Origin: an uncultured Eisenbergiella sp.
Lineage (GTDB): Bacteria; Bacillota; Clostridia; Lachnospirales; Lachnospiraceae
DNA: 64,000 bases
Direction of reading: 5' to 3'
Assembly (NCBI GenBank): GCA_963559585.1
Contig: CAUWLJ010000004.1
Coordinates: 2,954 to 66,953 of the forward strand
Both the position numbers and the translations under genes were made by a program. Shown here piece by piece: positions 1-8,998 of this stretch. Below the pieces are notes generated by a model. That model worked only from the letters and a program-made list of their open reading frames with translations, made no database searches and was not told the DNA's origin. The stretch's first letter is position 1. Each line of letters begins with the position of its first letter.

Positions 1-331
1 TGGGAACCAAAATGTCATCCGCCATCAGGCGGGTTGCTTCATCCCCTGTCCTTTCCCTCTGCAAAAGTGCTCCCTTTACAGAGCTTCCGGGCAGATAATA
101 CGAGGCATTTTCCGGATCATACTCCTGATATTCTCCGTATTGGTAAAACGGATAAACCACTTTGGCAGGCTTTCTGTCTTGTACCTGCATTTCAGACTTT
201 TCAGGCTTCCCAGGTTCTTCAATGAACGGCTCCCTGGCAAACTCATCTATTCCCGGATAGAGCGCCTGGCCTGAACGCGGTGAAAGAATCAGGCTGGATA
301 ATACTTTTATCTGATACACAGCTTTTTTCAT
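1..331 (-). CDS. CRISPR type III RAMP (Cas7 group, Csm5-like), 5' part only, runs off window edge
   Basis: Not in ORF track. Hand translation from ATG 331 after a GGAAGGAG RBS: MKKAVYQIKVLSSLILSPRSGQALYPG...YYLPGSSVKGALL; LPGSSxKGA is the RAMP signature; position after csm4 fits csm5. Confidence 0.75.
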   Translation of the reverse strand, partial: MKKAVYQIKVLSSLILSPRSGQALYPGIDEFAREPFIEEPGKPEKSEMQVQDRKPAKVVYPFYQYGEYQEYDPENASYYLPGSSVKGALLQRERTGDEATRLMADDILVP

Positions 332-374
332 ACAGGCTCCTTCCCGTGTTTTTTCGGATACTTCTTATCTTCTG

Positions 375-1343
375 CTATAGTATAGGGTACAGAAATGCAC
401 TGCCAAACACGATGTCTCTGTTTGCATAGAAGGGAGAACGTATGCACTTTCCTGCCTGCTCTATTCCCTTCTGCAGGACGATCACGCTGCCGCAGTCAAT
501 AAAGCTGATAAACTGCTTTTGACAGCTCCATCCTCCCATCACGGAAAACGGGCGGCGCTCCGAGGTAAAAAGCCTGAGGGTGGAACGTGAAAAATTGATC
601 TGATCAGGCAGCAGCATCCCCATATTTAAGTACCGGCTGGCCTGAGGAAGCCGGATTTCCTCCATTCCTTCCACAAGGAACTGGTTCAGCCCCTGGGATG
701 CTCTTTTTCCCAAAATAAGCGTGGCGCCATCCCGCTGAAGCTTCCCAAGCAGCTTCAGAAGATCATCTGTGGTTTCACCTTCGTCCCCCTGGAAATAGAA
801 GCAGAATTCTGACACGCCGCCTGCCTCCTGCTTCCCATTCCTGTCCAGCCTTACCTCCTGCAGTTGTAATGTAGGAACGGTATACAGCCTGGCTTCCAGG
901 CCCTCCATGCCGTAAAGAGTACTTTCTATGGATGCCCTAAGCTGCTGTGCATCCGTTTTTTTCACATATGGAAAAATTGAACTCTCCCAGCCGGGCTTTC
1001 CCATTTCCATGATACTTTTCAGCCCCTGCTTACCTATATAATCCCTTTTCTTCAATTCTGCGCGCCGTTCCTTCAGGCTGACTTCCTCGTCGCCCTCCCT
1101 GCTCCCCTCCCTGACCAGCCTGTCCGAGGCATAGTCCAGAGGCATAGGAAAATAGTCCAGAGGAAATACGTTGGACAGTGCCAGATGAACTCTTTTTTCC
1201 AGAACGGCTTTTACCATTTCTGACGCTTTTTCGTCCCCTCTGCTTTCCGCATATTTCGTTGTCAGCGCCCCGAATATTTTCTGGGAATCCGGGAGCTGTG
1301 TGATTCCCCCGGCGGAGCTGAGCATAATTTTATAATTTCTCAC
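375..1343 (-). CDS. csm4: CRISPR type III Cas5-group RAMP (Csm4-like)
   Basis: GTG start at 1343 overlapping csm3 end; MRNYKIML...LPDSQKIFGAL, SNVFP and C-terminal DCGSV...IVFGSAFLYPIL resemble Csm4; operon position. Confidence 0.7.
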   Translation of the reverse strand: MRNYKIMLSSAGGITQLPDSQKIFGALTTKYAESRGDEKASEMVKAVLEKRVHLALSNVFPLDYFPMPLDYASDRLVREGSREGDEEVSLKERRAELKKRDYIGKQGLKSIMEMGKPGWESSIFPYVKKTDAQQLRASIESTLYGMEGLEARLYTVPTLQLQEVRLDRNGKQEAGGVSEFCFYFQGDEGETTDDLLKLLGKLQRDGATLILGKRASQGLNQFLVEGMEEIRLPQASRYLNMGMLLPDQINFSRSTLRLFTSERRPFSVMGGWSCQKQFISFIDCGSVIVLQKGIEQAGKCIRSPFYANRDIVFGSAFLYPIL

Positions 1344-2067
1344 CTTCCTGTCCCTCACCTTCCACAACCGTTACTTCTATTCTCCCATATCCGCGGCTTT
1401 TGGAATTTCCCAGCCGGTAAGCGCCGTTGTTAAATTTCTTCAAGTTAAAAATGATGTATTCTCTGCACGCTTTTACCGCCTTTTCATCAAATGGAGGATT
1501 GGTGAAACGATACAGCTCTACCTCTCCCTCAAACACAAGCCCGCCTCTGGCCGCCTTGTAGGTTCTGGGATTCGATCGAAGCTCCGATCCCGTCTGGCTG
1601 ATCGCGGTCTTGGTATCAATGGAAAAGCACTTCTTCCGATCCCGATACTCTTTTCTCAATCTGAGATCATGAAACAATAGCTTTGGGGTGTTGTTAAATT
1701 CCCGGATGCCAAACAGGTATGCCGCAGAAGCCTCCCTAACCGCGCCCTCATACCGTTTGCCGATTCGTTCCAGTTCCTGTTCCCGTCCCTCTCTGTTCAG
1801 CATACTGCTGATCCTGTCCCAGTTTGCATTCCTTTCATTCTCAAGCTCCTCCTGATACCAGCGGGCGATCTCTTTTCCCTCTCTGCTGTCGTCGCCGCTC
1901 ACGATACTGCGCAGGGCTCCTTTCAGGGAAGAAGCCGGGATACAGGGAAATCCCTCCTCATCCACCGCTGTCCACAGGTCGATCCCTCCTATTTCAAAGG
2001 GCATGGGAGAGCCTCCGATGAAAAGATTGGAAAGAGTCTTAACTCTTATTTCGATTACGTTTCTCAT
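1330..2067 (-). CDS. csm3: CRISPR type III Cas7 backbone RAMP Csm3
   Basis: Likely start MRNVIEIRVKTLSNLFIGG (ATG 2067); EIGGID with conserved catalytic-position Asp, IPASSLKGALRS, G-rich loop LGNSKSRGYGRI. Confidence 0.85.
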   Translation of the reverse strand: MRNVIEIRVKTLSNLFIGGSPMPFEIGGIDLWTAVDEEGFPCIPASSLKGALRSIVSGDDSREGKEIARWYQEELENERNANWDRISSMLNREGREQELERIGKRYEGAVREASAAYLFGIREFNNTPKLLFHDLRLRKEYRDRKKCFSIDTKTAISQTGSELRSNPRTYKAARGGLVFEGEVELYRFTNPPFDEKAVKACREYIIFNLKKFNNGAYRLGNSKSRGYGRIEVTVVEGEGQEGEKL

Positions 2068-4189
2068 GCTTTCTGCCCTCCTTCTGAAATGTGCTTTTTG
2101 GTGAACTGCCCTTCCTGTTCCCCTTCTTTTTGGAAGCATCCTCTTTCAGATACTCCATTTTTTTCTCATTGTACTCATAAAGCAGCATCAGGGCGTCCAC
2201 ATAATCCTCGCTCCACAGGCCGGACTGCTCTGCAAGCTTCAAAAACCTTTCCCGGTCGAAAAACAGACGGTTCGGCAGTTTTCCCTCTTTTTCCCGTCTA
2301 TCGTTTAAATCCTTTACATTCTGCTTTTCTTCGTCCGTGGAAGGATTCCGGGCTTCTATGATGTCGGCCGCTCTGTCATACCCCACGCTCCTCATACGGA
2401 AAAATGTGGATTTATCCAGCACAAGACGTTTGTATCCACCCCTCCGCAAGTCTTTTCTGTACAGATGGTCGATCAAAACCTCTCTCAGCTCCTTACCCGC
2501 GCCATTTTCATCCCAATTTCCACATTTCTCATATAAATAGTTCTCCGGGCCGCTGAACAGATACTGCTTGACCTCATCTTTCCTGTTGTCTGCCGCTGTC
2601 CCCTCTCCGTAGATTCGGAAACGGACGTCGCTGAAAAGAAGCAGCAACCGCAGATAGCGTTCAAACTGCTGCTTTGTTTCATTCTTTATGCAGATCTTTG
2701 TTACCCCTCCTTCTCTTCTGAACAGCCTCCGGATCAGCATCATGTTCAGGGCCAGCTCCGACTCCCGCACCTCCCGGTCGGCATCTCCCAGATACCGGGG
2801 CAGCAGATGATACAGGATATGGTTCATATACCGTATATCGCTCTTTTCTTTATCATCTCCCCTTTCCTCCGCCGCAATGTCCTCCAGCAGTGTATAGAAG
2901 AAATTCGGCCTTCCCAGCAGTTCGCTGCATCTGCCCTTTCTGCTTCTGATATAATTGAGGAATTTTACATCATTCTTGAAAAATTCCCAGATCAGTTCAT
3001 TCTCCTCTTCCTCTTTAATTGCCGCCTTTTCCCGGCAGCTGCTGCAGCGGCATCCTCTCTTTCCGCAGGCGGCTCCCAATTCCGCCTTTGCCGCCTTCAT
3101 CCGGTCATATTCCACACTCACAAAGGGCAGTCCGCCCACGCAGATCTTCATATCCCCGGCAAATGGCTTCAAAGCCTTCGGAATCGTTTTGGCCTTGGCA
3201 CGCTTTAACTGCTCCTCCACCATTTCCATATAATAGCGGACGGGCTGCCTGTTAAACGTAATATCCACTCCGATGCTGACTCCCAGCTTCAGGCCATTCC
3301 CATCCTTCCTGATCCTGCAGTTCACCTTCTCCATGATCCTGCTGCATACCTGAACGCCGCTGAGCAGATCCTCCACTGCCACGGCAAAGAAAATGTCGTC
3401 CCCCGCAATATAAAAGGGAAACAGCCATCCCTTCTTATTTTCAGGAGCAATCTGCTCCGGGGCAGTCTGCTCCGGGGCACACGCCATCGCCGCCCTGTGC
3501 AGTCCCTCTATGGAGATTTCCTCATTCAAAATCTCACTGATCCTTCTGTATTCTTCATAATCACGGATATTTTGGAATATGGTTCCCATCCCATCCAGAT
3601 CCGCCTTTATCACCGCAATGCGGAAGCGGTTCTTTCTCCCGCCTTCATCGCCTTCCTGCGGCCCCAGTGCATTGATGTCACCGGCAAACTGCGGGAAATC
3701 CCAGTCTTTCTTTTCTCTGCCGGTTTTCTTCACAGGCTGAAAGGAAAACAGCATGTCTCTGTGCCTTTCCAGAATTCTGTTCCAGTTCTCCGTCCGCTTC
3801 AGTTCCTTTTTGGCCTTCTGAATCATATCGATTTTTCTGTCCGATCCTTCGGAGGAAAAATATACCCAGCGGATCAGCTTCTGTCCGTTTGACATCCGAT
3901 AACAGGATTCAAACAGCATGTCAAGCTTACATTCCAGTTCTTTCTTCTGCAGAGCTGAACGAAAAATATAAACGCCGGAGCATTTCAGAAGAATCCCATC
4001 CTCCTCCACGAAAAATGCCTTCTCCACATCCTCAAAAAAATCTTTGGAAATCTGAACGGACGAATCCATAATATCTCTAAGCGTGGCTTCCTCCGTCTGT
4101 TTCTCCTGCACATGGGAATGTATTACCTCCGTCAGAAATGTCTGAATCTTGTCCACGGACAGCGCAACGATCCATTCCGTCATGCTCAT
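2039..4189 (-). CDS. cas10: Cas10 large subunit, no HD domain, AGDD palm motif, C-terminal extension
   Basis: Starts at Palm1-like SVDKIQTFL...TLRDIMDSS; Palm2 IAVIKADLDGMG and FYIAGDDIFF; followed by RAMP genes. Confidence 0.85.
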   Translation of the reverse strand: MSMTEWIVALSVDKIQTFLTEVIHSHVQEKQTEEATLRDIMDSSVQISKDFFEDVEKAFFVEEDGILLKCSGVYIFRSALQKKELECKLDMLFESCYRMSNGQKLIRWVYFSSEGSDRKIDMIQKAKKELKRTENWNRILERHRDMLFSFQPVKKTGREKKDWDFPQFAGDINALGPQEGDEGGRKNRFRIAVIKADLDGMGTIFQNIRDYEEYRRISEILNEEISIEGLHRAAMACAPEQTAPEQIAPENKKGWLFPFYIAGDDIFFAVAVEDLLSGVQVCSRIMEKVNCRIRKDGNGLKLGVSIGVDITFNRQPVRYYMEMVEEQLKRAKAKTIPKALKPFAGDMKICVGGLPFVSVEYDRMKAAKAELGAACGKRGCRCSSCREKAAIKEEEENELIWEFFKNDVKFLNYIRSRKGRCSELLGRPNFFYTLLEDIAAEERGDDKEKSDIRYMNHILYHLLPRYLGDADREVRESELALNMMLIRRLFRREGGVTKICIKNETKQQFERYLRLLLLFSDVRFRIYGEGTAADNRKDEVKQYLFSGPENYLYEKCGNWDENGAGKELREVLIDHLYRKDLRRGGYKRLVLDKSTFFRMRSVGYDRAADIIEARNPSTDEEKQNVKDLNDRREKEGKLPNRLFFDRERFLKLAEQSGLWSEDYVDALMLLYEYNEKKMEYLKEDASKKKGNRKGSSPKSTFQKEGRKHEKRNRNKS

Positions 4190-5178
4190 CCCCCCTTTCC
4201 TTCTTTCTCTTTTTCTTCTTTCTCTTTTTCCTCCTCCTTTTTCGTCTCTTTCCGTCTTCCATTTTGATTGAACATCTCCGCATATGCGATATGCGGAAAC
4301 AGCATGGGATTGTTGATCAGCATGAGAACCTGATTCAACTGAAAATTGAATGTAAGCAGGGAAAGCTCTGATCCGCCCTGTTGCACGATGTAGTCCTCCA
4401 GCTTCCTGGCCTTCACCCCTTGTTTTTCAACAGCCTCTTTCCCACCTTCAGATACCTCTTTCTTTCCATCCTCCTGCTCCGTCTGCTTCAGTTCATCCTT
4501 TGCATGGTTCAGGGAATAGTACCAGTCATATAGATTCTTCCTGGCATTATTCCATGTTATTTTCAGTCTGCCCTCCTTTTTGGCCTCGATCACAATGTCC
4601 AGCTTAGCTATGACTTTGGGGGACGGATTTTTGTCTCCCTCCATGAAGCACAAAAGACACAGCGGACGTGTTGCGCTCTGTGTGTTCACACTTTGCTTCT
4701 CTCCGCACGCGATAAATGCAGCCATTCTCGCATAAGACCGGTTTGAAGTCTGCAAGCTCTGTATACTGTCAATCCATTTTTCAATATCGGAATCTTTGAT
4801 AGAGTGGCTCTTACATTCTATAACCGCTGCTACCGCCTCAATGGGAATGAATTTCATCTTCCCCGCTCTGAAAATATAAGGCGTGTAGGTCTCGTCAAAA
4901 ATCGCCAGATCTACTTCCTTGGAAACCTTTCCATTTGAATCAATAATAAACACCGACTGTTCTATGCAGAACTTGCGCGGCAGCAGATTGGCAAACATTT
5001 CTCTCCATATCTGCTCCCTGTTATGCCCGCTCGTCCCTCCATGGGGAACGGTAAAAGAAAGCTGACTGGTAATCACCCTTTCCATCTGCCTGTAGTTTTC
5101 TTTTATATCCCATATCGCATTTTGATCGTCTGGATTCTGCGAATATTGGATTTCCTTATCCTGTGTATTTTCTCTCAT
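4186..5178 (-). CDS. nucC: NucC-like (DUF6602) cyclic-oligonucleotide-activated PD-(D/E)xK endonuclease
   Basis: HGGTSGHNREQIW...LLPRKF...IIDSNGKVSKEVDLAIFDETYTPYIF...IPIEAVAAVIECKS follows the NucC N-terminal pattern with D-x30-ExK; likely ATG 5178; stop overlaps cas10 ATG (ATGA). Confidence 0.8.
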   Translation of the reverse strand: MRENTQDKEIQYSQNPDDQNAIWDIKENYRQMERVITSQLSFTVPHGGTSGHNREQIWREMFANLLPRKFCIEQSVFIIDSNGKVSKEVDLAIFDETYTPYIFRAGKMKFIPIEAVAAVIECKSHSIKDSDIEKWIDSIQSLQTSNRSYARMAAFIACGEKQSVNTQSATRPLCLLCFMEGDKNPSPKVIAKLDIVIEAKKEGRLKITWNNARKNLYDWYYSLNHAKDELKQTEQEDGKKEVSEGGKEAVEKQGVKARKLEDYIVQQGGSELSLLTFNFQLNQVLMLINNPMLFPHIAYAEMFNQNGRRKETKKEEEKEKEEKEKEGKGG

Positions 5179-5256
5179 TTTTAACTCCCTGCCGGAGCGC
5201 TTTCTGCTCCGGCTGCGGTGAGAAAACACGCATGTGATTTCTCACCTGCGATACTC

Positions 5257-5321
5257 ACAGTTTTGTGACGCTCCGCACAAAACTGTTGATTGGAAATAAG
5301 CCATCAGGCTTATTTTCAATC
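5257..5321. repeat. Two adjacent inverted repeats in the cas6-nucC spacer
   Basis: ACAGTTTTGTG(5257-67)/CACAAAACTGT(5276-86) perfect 11 bp; GATTGGAAATAAGCC(5288-5302)-ATCA-GGCTTATTTTCAATC(5307-21) 15 bp with 1 mismatch. Confidence 0.85.
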
Positions 5322-5402
5322 TCCCTCCATTTTAAACACGCTCTACCCGTCAGTTTCCGGCGCATATGCGTTTCACCGGCTGTAATTTCTTTTTTCAAAA
5401 AT

Positions 5403-6284
5403 TCAAAAAAAGTATACCTGTATCCTTCCCATTCCAAATGTGGTATTCCGCCCCACATGCAAAACCTGGGCGGCATACAGCCAGGGGACAAACGGTGTCA
5501 GATCGCCCTCATACGCCAATTCTCCCAGAAGGCCGCTGAAATCCATTTTTTCACCCAGGCGGTTGGAATACCGCTCCAGCCGTTTCAGGCGCAGCTCCTC
5601 CCTCGTCATTCTGATCTGTTCCGCAAGCCGCTGCAGCCTGGCAGCCTCCTCCTGATCCGTCCAGCCTCCGTAACGCTCCGTCATGGCCGCTGTCCGCGTG
5701 GTAATATTCCTGATCAGCGTGGGAAAGGGAATACTGGTCACCAGCTGTCCCTTACGCCGGATCCTGAGAGGAGTAACCAGTCTCACCACAGCCCCGGCAG
5801 CCTGGGGCAGCCTGCGGCAGGGCAGTTCCACCGGGCGCAGACCTGCCGGATACGCCTGCCCCTCCCGCCAGATCATCCTGCCGTCCTCGCCGTGCGCAAT
5901 CTGAAGCAGACCAAACGGCGCTCTCTGCGCCCCCAGACCGTATTCCCCGATCCGCCCAAAAGCCGTTATCAAAGCCTGCGCATACTGGATTCCTCTGCCA
6001 AAAAGCAGAAAATCAAAGTCCAGAATTTCTCCCTGCTCCACCATGGTTTTTACTCCGCAGGCCCTGGGCGGAACGATCACATAAGGCTTTCCCACATCCT
6101 GCTCCCCACCTCCCTTCTTTCCATTTTCATACAAAAAATGATACGCCTCCCGGTCGATTTCTCTCAGTGCCTGTCCCGTCACGCCCCGCAGAGTGGATCC
6201 CAGATAGGGCGGAAGCTCTGTATATTTCAAAGAAATAAGGGAAACTCTAAGAGGCAGATATACCATATGAAATAACGTCTGCAT
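5403..6284 (-). CDS. cas6: CRISPR pre-crRNA processing endoribonuclease Cas6
   Basis: YLGSTLRGVTG near N-terminus, RRKGQL, C-terminal G-rich loop HVGRNTTFGMGRI. Confidence 0.9.
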   Translation of the reverse strand: MQTLFHMVYLPLRVSLISLKYTELPPYLGSTLRGVTGQALREIDREAYHFLYENGKKGGGEQDVGKPYVIVPPRACGVKTMVEQGEILDFDFLLFGRGIQYAQALITAFGRIGEYGLGAQRAPFGLLQIAHGEDGRMIWREGQAYPAGLRPVELPCRRLPQAAGAVVRLVTPLRIRRKGQLVTSIPFPTLIRNITTRTAAMTERYGGWTDQEEAARLQRLAEQIRMTREELRLKRLERYSNRLGEKMDFSGLLGELAYEGDLTPFVPWLYAAQVLHVGRNTTFGMGRIQVYFF

Positions 6285-6404
6285 CTTTTTAACCGTCCTT
6301 TTTCTTTATTTTAACATGGGAAATAATGGGAACTCAATGACAGATGTAGGGATTGTTACGGTAACGCCGCAGGAATCCTTCCCGATTATCCAGAAATTCC
6401 ACCC

Positions 6405-6433
6405 TTGACGCTCCCGCCCATGTAACATATAAT
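6405..6433 (+). promoter_or_regulatory. SigA-type promoter of pflB
   Basis: TTGACG(6405-10)-17 bp-TATAAT(6428-33); a cre/LacI-like site ATAGAAACGATTCCT follows at 6447-6461 (weak). Confidence 0.8.
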
Positions 6434-6541
6434 ACTTTTGCAAGAGATAGAAACGATTCCTGTTTTTATCTTTAAAAGGTACAATTTAACAATTTCATCT
6501 ATGTTGACATTTGCCCCTATGCGGCAGACAGGAGGACAATC

Positions 6542-8593
6542 TTGAGAACAGAATGGAATGGTTTTATCGGCGGTAACTGGGAGAAAGAAGTCGATGTACG
6601 CGACTTTATCCAGAAAAATTACCACCCTTATGACGGGGACGAGGAGTTTCTTGCTCCCCCTACACAGAATACTCTGGCGCTCTGGGATCAGGTTCTGGAG
6701 CTGAGCCGGAAGGAACGGGAGGCGGGCGGCGTGCTGGATATGGATACCAGCGTGATCTCCACCATCACCTCCCATGGCCCCGGTTATCTGGACAAGTCCA
6801 AAGAAACTATCGTGGGCGTGCAGACGGATGCGCCCTTCAAGCGTTCCCTTCAGCCCTACGGAGGAATCCGTATGGCGCAGAAGGCCTGCGCGGACAACGG
6901 ATACACTCTGGATCCCGAGGTGGAGAAGTTTTTTACCACCCACAGAAAAACACACAACGCGGGCGTGTTTGACGCCTACACCCCTGAAATGCGGGCCTGC
7001 CGCAGCGCCCATATCATTACAGGGCTTCCTGACGCCTACGGCCGGGGACGTATCATCGGCGACTACAGAAGGATTGCTCTCTATGGAATCGACCGTCTGA
7101 TCGAGGATAAGGAAGCTCAGAAGGCTTCCACCGGCGGCATCATGACCGATGATGTGATCCGCCTGCGGGAGGAGCTTTCCGAGCAGATCGGCGCGCTGAA
7201 GCAGATGGCGCAGATGGCCGCCTCCTACGGCTGCGATATTTCCAGACCTGCCTCCAATGTGCAGGAAGCCATACAGGCCACCTACTTCGGCTATCTGTCC
7301 GCAGTGAAGGAGCAGAACGGCGCAGCCATGTCCCTGGGCCGCACCTCCACCTTCCTTGACATTTATGCGGAGCGCGACCTGGCGCTGGGTACTTTTACAG
7401 AGGAACAGATCCAGGAATTTGTGGATCATTTTATTATGAAGCTGAGGATCATCAAGTTTGCCCGTACTCCTGAGTACAACGACCTGTTCTCCGGCGATCC
7501 TGTATGGGTAACGGAATCCCTGGCAGGCGTGGGCGTGGACGGACGCCATATGGCAACCAAAATGTCCTTCCGCTATCTGCACACCCTGACCAACCTGGGG
7601 CCTTCCCCGGAGCCCAACCTGACCGTTCTGTGGTCCACCAGGCTTCCTGAGGGCTTTAAGCGTTACTGCGCGAAGATGTCCATTCAGACCTCTTCCATCC
7701 AGTATGAAAACGATGATCTGATGCGTGTCACCCACGGCGACGATTATGGAATTGCCTGCTGTGTATCCTCCATGCGGATCGGCAAGGAAATGCAGTTCTT
7801 CGGCGCACGGGCCAACCTGGCCAAGTGCCTGCTCTACGCCCTGAACGGCGGCGTGGACGAAAAGACGAAGAAGCAGATCGGCCCCAAATACCGGAAGTAT
7901 GAAGGCGACGTGCTGGAATACGACAAGGTGGTGGACGCCTTTGACGATATGATGGAATGGCTGGCGGGCGTATATGTGAACACCCTGAACGTTATCCACT
8001 ATATGCACGACAAATACTGCTATGAAAAGGCGCAGATGGCGCTGCATGACAGAGATGTGCGCCGCTATTTTGCAACGGGAATCGCGGGACTGTCCGTTGT
8101 GGCCGATTCCCTTTCCGCCATCAAATACGCCAAAGTGGAGCCCATCCGGGATGAGGACGGTATTATCGTAGACTTCAAGACCACCGGGGAGTTCCCCAAA
8201 TACGGAAACGATGACGACCGGGTGGACGAAATTGCCAGAGAGCTGGTATCCAAGTTCATGACCATGGTGAGAAGGCATCACACCTACCGTGACAGCTTCC
8301 CCACCACCTCCGTGCTGACGATCACCTCTAACGTGGTGTACGGCAAAGCCACCGGGGCTACGCCGGACGGACGCAAGGCTGGCGTGCCTTTTGCTCCCGG
8401 AGCCAATCCCATGCACGGCAGAGACACCCATGGGGCTGTAGCCTCCTTATCCTCCGTCTCCAAGCTGCCCTTCCGCGACGCCCAGGACGGTATTTCCAAT
8501 ACCTTCACCATCATTCCCGGCGCGCTTGGCAAGGATGACGCTGTGTTTGCAGGAGACATTGAAATCGACCTGGATTTGAATGACGGAGAATAA
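6542..8593 (+). CDS. pflB: Pyruvate formate-lyase large subunit lacking the C-terminal glycyl-radical domain
   Basis: TTG start after AGGAGG; [17 protein letters not shown], catalytic IACCVS Cys pair, [25 protein letters not shown], then a short acidic tail and stop; no RVSGY. Confidence 0.95.
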   Translation: MRTEWNGFIGGNWEKEVDVRDFIQKNYHPYDGDEEFLAPPTQNTLALWDQVLELSRKEREAGGVLDMDTSVISTITSHGPGYLDKSKETIVGVQTDAPFKRSLQPYGGIRMAQKACADNGYTLDPEVEKFFTTHRKTHNAGVFDAYTPEMRACRSAHIITGLPDAYGRGRIIGDYRRIALYGIDRLIEDKEAQKASTGGIMTDDVIRLREELSEQIGALKQMAQMAASYGCDISRPASNVQEAIQATYFGYLSAVKEQNGAAMSLGRTSTFLDIYAERDLALGTFTEEQIQEFVDHFIMKLRIIKFARTPEYNDLFSGDPVWVTESLAGVGVDGRHMATKMSFRYLHTLTNLGPSPEPNLTVLWSTRLPEGFKRYCAKMSIQTSSIQYENDDLMRVTHGDDYGIACCVSSMRIGKEMQFFGARANLAKCLLYALNGGVDEKTKKQIGPKYRKYEGDVLEYDKVVDAFDDMMEWLAGVYVNTLNVIHYMHDKYCYEKAQMALHDRDVRRYFATGIAGLSVVADSLSAIKYAKVEPIRDEDGIIVDFKTTGEFPKYGNDDDRVDEIARELVSKFMTMVRRHHTYRDSFPTTSVLTITSNVVYGKATGATPDGRKAGVPFAPGANPMHGRDTHGAVASLSSVSKLPFRDAQDGISNTFTIIPGALGKDDAVFAGDIEIDLDLNDGE

Positions 8594-8697
8594 TCGCTAT
8601 ATTCGCCGGCAGGCTTATAAACAGTAACCACGAATCCCTCACAGCAGGCCGGGAGGCCGCGGATCCGCCCCTCCCGCCCGCCTAAAGGAGAACGCCC

Positions 8698-8934
8698 ATG
8701 GAACAGAAGAAAACAAACAGCATGCCGTCTCATGACGGCAGGATAGATGACCTGATCCGTATGCTGGATTCAGGCACGATGCAGGGTGTGGGGCACATCA
8801 ACGTATCCTGCAGCGCCCCAAATGTCTGCGGCAGAGAGGTGCAGACCTTAGGATGCCCCGACTGTTCGGCAGCACCCCTGGCCTGCAGCGTCCCCACCCT
8901 GCATGAGGGACTTGACCGGCCGGAAAATGAATGA
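8698..8934 (+). CDS. 78-aa Cys-rich partial paralog of the PFL glycyl-radical domain N-terminus
   Basis: AAAGGAG RBS; RIDDLIRMLDSGTMQGVGHINV aligns without gaps to [22 protein letters not shown] of the next gene (9 identities in 22); no RVSGY; 5 Cys in tail. Confidence 0.7.
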   Translation: MEQKKTNSMPSHDGRIDDLIRMLDSGTMQGVGHINVSCSAPNVCGREVQTLGCPDCSAAPLACSVPTLHEGLDRPENE

Positions 8935-8940
8935 CACTTC

Positions 8941-8998
8941 ATATCGGTATGCACGGTCAAAAACATGCGGGCATGGTTTTGACCGAACAAACCGATAT
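8941..8998. other. Long imperfect hairpin between the small ORF and the glycyl-radical gene
   Basis: ATATCGGT..CGGTCAAAA..CATGC-GG-GCATG..TTTTGACCG..ACCGATAT nested inverted repeats. Confidence 0.75.

Noticed and set aside
5265-6275. 336-aa plus-strand ORF
   Set aside because: Antisense shadow of cas6; no RBS or recognisable motif.
1-6540. CRISPR array or cas1/cas2 near the cas operon
   Set aside because: No regularly spaced 28-37-bp direct repeats and no adaptation genes seen anywhere in the window; they may lie beyond the left edge.
6434-6541. ZTP (pfl-motif) riboswitch or Rex box upstream of pflB
   Set aside because: The leader is AT-rich without ZTP consensus; only a half-site TTAACAA, not a full Rex palindrome.
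6386-8431. 681-aa minus-strand ORF
   Set aside because: Fully antisense to pflB; long shadow ORFs are expected from the GC-rich codon bias.
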